NCBI GenBank assembly: GCA_040400635.1
Contig: JBBAPY010000001.1
Coordinates: forward strand, 1 to 32,855
Length of the DNA: 32,855 bases
Direction of reading: 5' to 3'
From: Rhodoferax sp.
Lineage (GTDB): Bacteria; Pseudomonadota; Gammaproteobacteria; Burkholderiales; Burkholderiaceae_C
Shown: positions 27,217-32,855 of the stretch, in pieces
Layout of the letters: every line of letters begins with the position of its first letter
Numbering within the stretch: position 1 is the first letter of the stretch
The notes under the pieces: generated by a model
What the model was told of the DNA's origin: nothing
The model's input: only the letters and a program-made list of their open reading frames with translations
The model's database searches: none
Position numbers and translations under genes: made by a program

Positions 27217-28485
27217 TCAGACCTGCGAGGGAACTAAGCCTGCGTGCTGGCCCATGACCGGGCGGCTGCGCACCTCGGTCCAATACATCCAGATCAGCGA
27301 GACCCAGACCACGCCGTACATCAGCATGAAAGCGCTGGAGCGCACGCCGGTGAGGTCCATCAGCGCGCCAAACAGGACGGGTAGCACAAAGCCGCCCAGA
27401 CCGCCGGCCAGGCCTACGATGCCGCTGATGGTTCCAATGTTGTCGGTGTAGTCATCGCTGATGTACTTGAAGACGCTGGCCTTGCCGAAGGCCCAGGCAA
27501 TACCCAGAATAAACATCAGACCGGTAAAAAAATACACATTCAGACCGATGTGAAACGTGGCCGGACCGGTCACCGTCATTACCGTGAAGTCGGTCTGCGG
27601 GTAAGACAAGAGGAACAAGCAGATCCAGCTCACCCATAGCACCCACCATGTCACCGCGTGGGCGCCGTATTTATCCGAAAGAATGCCTCCAAAGGCGCGT
27701 AACACGCCCCCGGGTAGCGAGAAGCAGGCGGCCAGAAGCGCGGCCATGCGAATGTCCAGACCGAATTCGCCCACGTAGTACTGCACCATCCACAAAGACA
27801 TGGCCACATAGCCGCCAAACACAATGCTGTAGTACTGGCAGTACTTGATGACCTTGGGGTCCTTCAAGGCCTGCAACTGGTCCATGAATTTGACATTGCT
27901 CGCCACCTGGTGGCTTGGATCGGAATGGCTGAACATCCAAAACAGCACCAAGGTTCCCAGCATGATGGCGGCGTAAACATGGGGTACTGCGGCCCAGCCA
28001 AAGGCCACCAACAACACCGGTGCCAAAAATTTATTGACCGCTGCGCCCGAGTTACCCGCGCCGTAAACACCCATCGCCATACCCTGGCGGCTCTTGGGGA
28101 ACCAGCGTGCCACATAAGGCGTCCCCACCGAAAAGGAACCGCCGGCCAAACCAACGAAAAGGCCTATGGTGAGAAAGTGCCAGTAGGCGGTGGCATAGCC
28201 CATCATCCAGATTGCAGGCACGGTGGCCGCCATGAGGCAGGCCATCACGATGCGACCGCCATACCGGTCGGTCCAGATGCCCAGCGGTACACGAATCAGC
28301 GAACCCGTCAGAACCGGCATAGCGGTTAGCAGGCCGAACTGGGTGGCATTGAGATCGAGCATTTTCTTGATCGGAATACCGATCACGCCAAACATCATCC
28401 AAACCATGAAGCAGACCGTAAAGGCCAGCGTGCTGACAATCAGCACCGACCAGGCTCTTTTGGGATCCTGAATTTGGGTAGGCAT
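27217..28485 (-). CDS. narK1: NarK1-type nitrate/nitrite MFS transporter
   Basis: STLAFTVCFMVWMMF, GLAGGSFSVG, GAGNSG and FGKASVFKYI. SD-like AGGAG precedes ATG 28485. Confidence 0.92.
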   Translation of the reverse strand: MPTQIQDPKRAWSVLIVSTLAFTVCFMVWMMFGVIGIPIKKMLDLNATQFGLLTAMPVLTGSLIRVPLGIWTDRYGGRIVMACLMAATVPAIWMMGYATAYWHFLTIGLFVGLAGGSFSVGTPYVARWFPKSRQGMAMGVYGAGNSGAAVNKFLAPVLLVAFGWAAVPHVYAAIMLGTLVLFWMFSHSDPSHQVASNVKFMDQLQALKDPKVIKYCQYYSIVFGGYVAMSLWMVQYYVGEFGLDIRMAALLAACFSLPGGVLRAFGGILSDKYGAHAVTWWVLWVSWICLFLLSYPQTDFTVMTVTGPATFHIGLNVYFFTGLMFILGIAWAFGKASVFKYISDDYTDNIGTISGIVGLAGGLGGFVLPVLFGALMDLTGVRSSAFMLMYGVVWVSLIWMYWTEVRSRPVMGQHAGLVPSQV

Positions 28486-28569
28486 GCGCACTCCTGTTGT
28501 GATGGCATGACTTTCGGGCTTTCGCTGCGCGTTGAATATCCTTCTAAAGAATGCGTGCGTGGACTCCAA

Positions 28570-28601
28570 AGAACTAGGGCAGCCGTGGCTGCCCTAGTTC
28601 T
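28570..28601. repeat. Perfect 15-bp inverted repeat in the narL-narK1 spacer
   Basis: AGAACTAGGGCAGCC-GT-GGCTGCCCTAGTTCT. Confidence 0.9.
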
Positions 28602-28610
28602 GAAGTAGTA
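28595..28610. promoter_or_regulatory. Putative NarL 7-2-7 site
   Basis: TAGTTCT-GA-AGTAGTA. Each half has one mismatch to the E. coli TACYYMT heptamer. It lies upstream of the narK operon. Confidence 0.55.
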
Positions 28611-28634
28611 GAGAGCCCAGAGACCCGCTTACGC

Positions 28635-28648
28635 TTGATCTGGCTCAA
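28635..28648. promoter_or_regulatory. Putative FNR/ANR/DNR box for narK1K2GHJI
   Basis: TTGAT-CTGG-CTCAA, one mismatch to TTGAT-N4-ATCAA. Confidence 0.7.
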
Positions 28649-29337
28649 ACCAGGCCGCGTGCAGCAGCATATAGCGCCGCCTGCACCCTGGAGCTGAGCG
28701 CGAGCTTACGAAAGATGTGCTGCACATGCACTTTGACCGTGGCCTCCGCAATCGCCAGCTCGCGCGCAATCAGCTTGTTGCTATCGCCGCGGGCAATGAT
28801 GCACAGAATCTGGCGTTCGCGGCCTGAAAGTGACTCAAACGCCGCGTCCTGCAAGCTCGGCGCCAGGGCAAGCGCAGTGGCCACGCTTGCGTGATCAGGG
28901 CCCTTGGCGCGAAAGGCAGCCACGAATTTCGTCATCATGTCCGGGCTGATCACACACTCACCGCCGAGGACTTTTTCAATCGAGTCGCACAACTGCTCGG
29001 TCTCCACTGTTTTGAGCAGATACCCGTCAGCCCCGGCGAGCATGGCGGCGGTCAGGTCGGCCTCGCTCTCGCTCACGGTCAGCATCAAAATGCGGGCGCC
29101 CGGATAACTGTCCTTGAGCGCCCCAATGCCATCAACCCCACGCACCCCCGGCAAATGGTTGTCCAGCAGGATCACCTGGGGCCGCTCCTTGCGACAGCAA
29201 CGCAAGGCTTCTCCCATGTCACCGGCCTGACCCGCAATGGCGAAGCGGCCATCTTGTGACAAGAGCGAAATGAGGCCGCGGCGAAACAGCGTGTGGTCGT
29301 CAATGACCAGCAATTGGATGGGGTGCATGGCTTGCAT
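28645..29337 (-). CDS. narL: Nitrate-responsive response regulator (REC + LuxR HTH)
   Basis: IDDHTLFRRG, LMLTVSE, GADGYLLK, LSGRE and TVKVHVQHI. Located between narX and narK. Start 29337 or 29328. Confidence 0.92.
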   Translation of the reverse strand: MQAMHPIQLLVIDDHTLFRRGLISLLSQDGRFAIAGQAGDMGEALRCCRKERPQVILLDNHLPGVRGVDGIGALKDSYPGARILMLTVSESEADLTAAMLAGADGYLLKTVETEQLCDSIEKVLGGECVISPDMMTKFVAAFRAKGPDHASVATALALAPSLQDAAFESLSGRERQILCIIARGDSNKLIARELAIAEATVKVHVQHIFRKLALSSRVQAALYAAARGLV

Positions 29338-29352
29338 TGTCGGGCGCAATGC

Positions 29353-31293
29353 TTACGCAGCGCCGTCCCGTGCACCAAGCGCTTGGGCATCCAAATGCAT
29401 GCCCCCGCCGTTAACACCCGATACGGGGTGCGCCGGCAAGATCAGAACGACGCGGCTACCCTGCCCCGGCGCTGACTGCACAGATACCGTGGCACCAATG
29501 AGGGCAGCGCGCTCGCGCATGATCTGCATGCCGACATGGGTGGATTGCCCCTGCGGGCTCATGCCGCTGAAGCCGCAGCCATCGTCACGCACCTCAAAAC
29601 GCCACGCAGCGCCCTTGGACACTTCCAGAAAAACCCCTTTGGCCTGCGAATGCTTGCGCACGTTGGAGAGCGCCTCTTGGATGACGTGTAAAACCTGCAG
29701 CTGCACATCGGCTGGCAGTGGCAAGCCCTCACCGCTGACCTGCAATTGCGTAGGCAAGCCCGTCTGGTGCTTGAACTTTTGCAAGGTCTCCTGCAACGCA
29801 GCCTCAATGTCCACCGTGTTGGTTCGGGTGCGAAAGTGCACGAGCAACTCACGCACGTCATTGATGCTTTCCCGCAGCCCTGTGTCCAGTTCATCCAAGG
29901 CGACTTTCACATTTTCGGCCTGTGCGTTGCGCGATGCCGTACGCAGAAGTTGAACCTGAATTTTCAGAAAGGACAGGGACTGCGCAATGGAGTCGTGCAG
30001 CTCACGCGCCAGCAGCGCACGCTCCTCGCCCACCGCCGCTTCGCGCTCCAAAGCGGCAGCACGCAAGCTCTCCAAACCACTGGCCAAATGGCTGGCCAGT
30101 GCATCGAGCAAATCCGTCTCCTGCGGGCTCAGTTGCACATCGCTGCGAAAAAACAGGTCAATTTCCCCCAGTACGCGCTGCTGCAAGCGGATAGGAACGC
30201 TGACCACATTCACAAAACCCGCACGCACGCACGCACGCATGGGCGAATCTCCGTGTTCAAGAATCGGGATGACACGGGTTCGCGCATCCGATTTCAGGTT
30301 CCCACAGGCACAGGCACCGGCTAAGAGACTACGTTCCGAATCCAACATGTCCTGCGGGAAACAATCGGACGCAAGCATCAAGTAGCGCTGATTGGCCTCA
30401 TCTGACCAACGAATCACCGCCGCATCAGCAGCGACCACCACCCGAACGCGTTTGGCAAATCCACGCGATAGTTCTTCGATACTTGCAGCACTGGCCGAAA
30501 ACGCGCTAATTTCATACAAGGATTCCAGCCGCGCCCGCTGTGCCTCAATGTGTTGCGTCTTGATCTTCACCTGCGTTTCCAGCCCTTCGTAAAGGCCTTG
30601 CAGCTCAGAAGCCATTCCATTGAAGCCACTGGCAACTTGGCCAAACTCATCATCCGTATCCACGTCAATGCGTGCGGTGAAATTTCCATTTTGGATGCTG
30701 TGCAAGGCGCGCTGCAAATTTCCCAGGGGATTGATAACGTACTGGTAGCCGGTATAGAGCATGACCACTGCGCCGGCAATTGCCAGCGCCATCATGAAAA
30801 ACTGAAACAGATTCAGAATGGCGGTCAGGCGCGATAACTGCTGTTCGATAGCGGTAACCAAACTGTCCACCGCAGCCACGGTCTGGGAAGTCGCAAGCAG
30901 CGCCTGATCGATGTCGGGTGAAGCGCTTCCCAGCCAGATGCCCTGATTGCTTGCCCAGTGTGCCTGCACGCTACGAAAGCGGGCGTCCACCTCATCGTTG
31001 ATCGGCATAAACAGCGGTCTACCCGGATCACCGGTCTTGAGAAGCGCAAGGCTTTTGCTGAACTCATCGACCAGCGCGGCAACCGCTTGTTCCGAATGGT
31101 TTGACTGCGCAGTGCTGTTGAGTCGCCACATCTGCATGCGCATGCGCCCGGCCTCGTTCACCGCCGCAGCGCCGCCCTCGAGCTGCCAAGTAACCCGCAG
31201 TGTCAGACCGATGGACAACAACGCAACGCAAAGCAATACAGCGCCAATCGTGACCAATTTGGTAGAGAGCGCGTTCCTGTTCTGCATGGCCAT
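29353..31293 (-). CDS. narX: Nitrate/nitrite sensor histidine kinase
   Basis: P-box AVNEAGRMRMQ, HAMP and GAF-like regions, ELHDSIAQSLSFLK, QEALSNVRKH, DDGCG and HVGMQIMRERA. Confidence 0.93.
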   Translation of the reverse strand: MAMQNRNALSTKLVTIGAVLLCVALLSIGLTLRVTWQLEGGAAAVNEAGRMRMQMWRLNSTAQSNHSEQAVAALVDEFSKSLALLKTGDPGRPLFMPINDEVDARFRSVQAHWASNQGIWLGSASPDIDQALLATSQTVAAVDSLVTAIEQQLSRLTAILNLFQFFMMALAIAGAVVMLYTGYQYVINPLGNLQRALHSIQNGNFTARIDVDTDDEFGQVASGFNGMASELQGLYEGLETQVKIKTQHIEAQRARLESLYEISAFSASAASIEELSRGFAKRVRVVVAADAAVIRWSDEANQRYLMLASDCFPQDMLDSERSLLAGACACGNLKSDARTRVIPILEHGDSPMRACVRAGFVNVVSVPIRLQQRVLGEIDLFFRSDVQLSPQETDLLDALASHLASGLESLRAAALEREAAVGEERALLARELHDSIAQSLSFLKIQVQLLRTASRNAQAENVKVALDELDTGLRESINDVRELLVHFRTRTNTVDIEAALQETLQKFKHQTGLPTQLQVSGEGLPLPADVQLQVLHVIQEALSNVRKHSQAKGVFLEVSKGAAWRFEVRDDGCGFSGMSPQGQSTHVGMQIMRERAALIGATVSVQSAPGQGSRVVLILPAHPVSGVNGGGMHLDAQALGARDGAA

Positions 31294-31331
31294 AGCGTAA
31301 CCGGCGCCACCCCGCGTGGGAAATCACTGTG

Positions 31332-31345
31332 CTGCGCTGGATCAA
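31332..31345 (-). promoter_or_regulatory. Weak FNR-like site upstream of narX
   Basis: Minus-strand TTGAT-CCAG-CGCAG has one perfect half-site and is centred about 45 bp upstream of the narX ATG. Confidence 0.35.
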
Positions 31346-32571
31346 AACCGTTGGGCGGTAAAAGCATCCAGGTTCAGGGCGGTGGGTCGCTCGCCCACGA
31401 TATCGGCTACCAAACTCCCGCTCAAGCCCCCCAGAGTCAGCCCGATGTGCTGGTGGCCAAAGGCGTACACCACGCGCGCGCTTTTGCGCGAACGTCCCAG
31501 CACCGGCAGCCCATCGGGCAAGGTCGGCCGAAAACCTAACCACGGCGCTTGCGGCGCACCCAATGCAGGCAAGGCGCGGCGCGAGGCAAAGTGCAGCAAA
31601 TCGAGCAAGCCCGGGTGCATTTCCTGGCCTAAGCCCGCCAACTCCACCGTGCCCGCCACGCGCAGGCCTTGGGCCATAGGGGTCATGTAAAAACCGCGCT
31701 CTGCCCAACCTACCGGGCGTGAAATCAAGGGGCTGCTGCCGGGAAACATCAGGTGGTAACCGCGCTCGGCTTGCAGAGGCACATCGTCGCCACATTGCGC
31801 CGCCAAGTCCTTGGAGTGCACACCGGCGCACAAGGCCAGGTAATCGTAGGCGCTCTCATGGTCCAGGCCACGCACGCGTACCTGCCGATCGTCCGCTTGC
31901 ACACCGGTAACAGCGACCGGGTGCATTACCAGGCCTTGGGTTTGCAAATAGGCCAGCAAGGCATGCAAGAAGGCCGAGGGGTCGCTTAAATGCCAGGAGC
32001 CTTTGAACAAAGCGCCGCGATGAAAAATCGGGCTGAGCTGAGGCTCCAACTGGGCGATGGCCTGCGCATCCAAAATGTCCGCTTCCACGCCCAAACGGCG
32101 GCGCAATGCCAGGGTCTCGCGTGCGCCTTGAAAAGCGGCGGCGCTGGAATACAAATACAAGCATTCCTGTGGCCGGACGAAACGATGTAAATCAGCCTGG
32201 GCCAACATCGCGTCGTAGCCGCTTTGCGCGCGGGCCAGCAGATGCGAAAGGGCGCTTGCCGTGGCGCTGTAACGCGCCGGGGTGGAGGCCCACATAAAGC
32301 GCGCAAGCCAGGGGGCCAGGGAATGCAGATGCGACCAACGTACCCGCAATGGACTTTGCGATGAAAACAAATAGCGCGGCAAATCGCGGAACACCGAGGG
32401 GTTGTTGACCGGGATGCAGGCGTAATTGGCAAAGGTGCCGGCATTGCCAAAAGAGGCGCCGCCCGCTGCGCCACGCGGCTCGTACAAACTCACCTGGTGG
32501 CCGTCGCGCATCAGCCAATAGGCCGATGAAAGCCCGACAAAGCCCGCGCCTACAACGGCTACCCGTGCCAT
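31342..32571 (-). CDS. FAD-dependent oxidoreductase, D-amino acid dehydrogenase (DadA/DAO) family
   Basis: VAVVGAGFVG, ASFGNAG, ERGYH, LRVAGTVE, GFRPTLPDGLP and AFGHQHIGLT. Start ATG 32571. Confidence 0.9.
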   Translation of the reverse strand: MARVAVVGAGFVGLSSAYWLMRDGHQVSLYEPRGAAGGASFGNAGTFANYACIPVNNPSVFRDLPRYLFSSQSPLRVRWSHLHSLAPWLARFMWASTPARYSATASALSHLLARAQSGYDAMLAQADLHRFVRPQECLYLYSSAAAFQGARETLALRRRLGVEADILDAQAIAQLEPQLSPIFHRGALFKGSWHLSDPSAFLHALLAYLQTQGLVMHPVAVTGVQADDRQVRVRGLDHESAYDYLALCAGVHSKDLAAQCGDDVPLQAERGYHLMFPGSSPLISRPVGWAERGFYMTPMAQGLRVAGTVELAGLGQEMHPGLLDLLHFASRRALPALGAPQAPWLGFRPTLPDGLPVLGRSRKSARVVYAFGHQHIGLTLGGLSGSLVADIVGERPTALNLDAFTAQRF

Positions 32572-32655
32572 CGGTGGTGCCCCTCTTGGTTGCGCACAAT
32601 CTGCATGACAAAAAACGCCGGCCTTGGCCCACACGCAGTGGAAGCTAGCACCGGC

Positions 32656-32855
32656 TTACCAGCGCACGTTCAGGCGCTCAAAGGCCTTGCTCAATACAAA
32701 CAAGGGCCCGACCAGCAGGTACTGCAGATCCTCAAAGAACGAGGGCTTTTTGCCCTCCAGATGGTGGCCGATGAATTGAAAAATCCAAGCGACCACAAAA
32801 ATCCCGACGCTCGCTGGCACCAAAATGCCAGCGACGCTCATCGCGTCCACCAAGG
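32656..32855 (-). CDS. DUF962/Mpo1-like membrane protein, C-terminal part (runs off the window edge)
   Basis: WIFQFIGHHLEGKKPSFFEDLQYLLVGP is characteristic of this family. Confidence 0.85.
   Translation of the reverse strand, partial: LVDAMSVAGILVPASVGIFVVAWIFQFIGHHLEGKKPSFFEDLQYLLVGPLFVLSKAFERLNVRW

Noticed and set aside
1-32855. CRISPR arrays, tRNA/rRNA, IS elements, prophage or defence genes
   Set aside because: No repeat-spacer periodicity or such genes were seen by eye, and nearly all sequence is accounted for by recognisable CDSs. No search tools were run.

Overview
GC-rich betaproteobacterial chromosome segment (Comamonadaceae-like by protein and gene-order style; inferred). The left half is core housekeeping: two tandem FolB-like genes with a FolM/pteridine-reductase-like SDR, a MidA/NDUFAF7-type methyltransferase, an atypical ROK protein, slt-gst-cca, 5-formyl-THF cyclo-ligase, a helical lipoprotein and glmU-lrp-glmS. 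Behind the glmS/attTn7 site lies a LytS/LytTR-type two-component pair. The right half is a minus-strand respiratory nitrate reductase locus (narX-narL-narK1-narK2-narGHJI). It carries an accessory tail (NifM-like PPIase, nitroreductase, 134-aa hypothetical, nnrS) and is preceded by a DadA-like FAD oxidoreductase and a partial DUF962/Mpo1-like gene. I see no rRNA, tRNA, CRISPR array, transposase or phage gene, and no clearly new multi-gene system. The best leads are the uncharacterised nar accessory tail, the ROK protein with substituted sugar- and zinc-binding motifs, the narK promoter architecture (15-bp perfect palindrome, NarL-like 7-2-7 site, FNR-like boxes built on stop codons), a phased AT-rich array between lrp and glmS, and a strong in-frame bias of gene junctions across the nar region.
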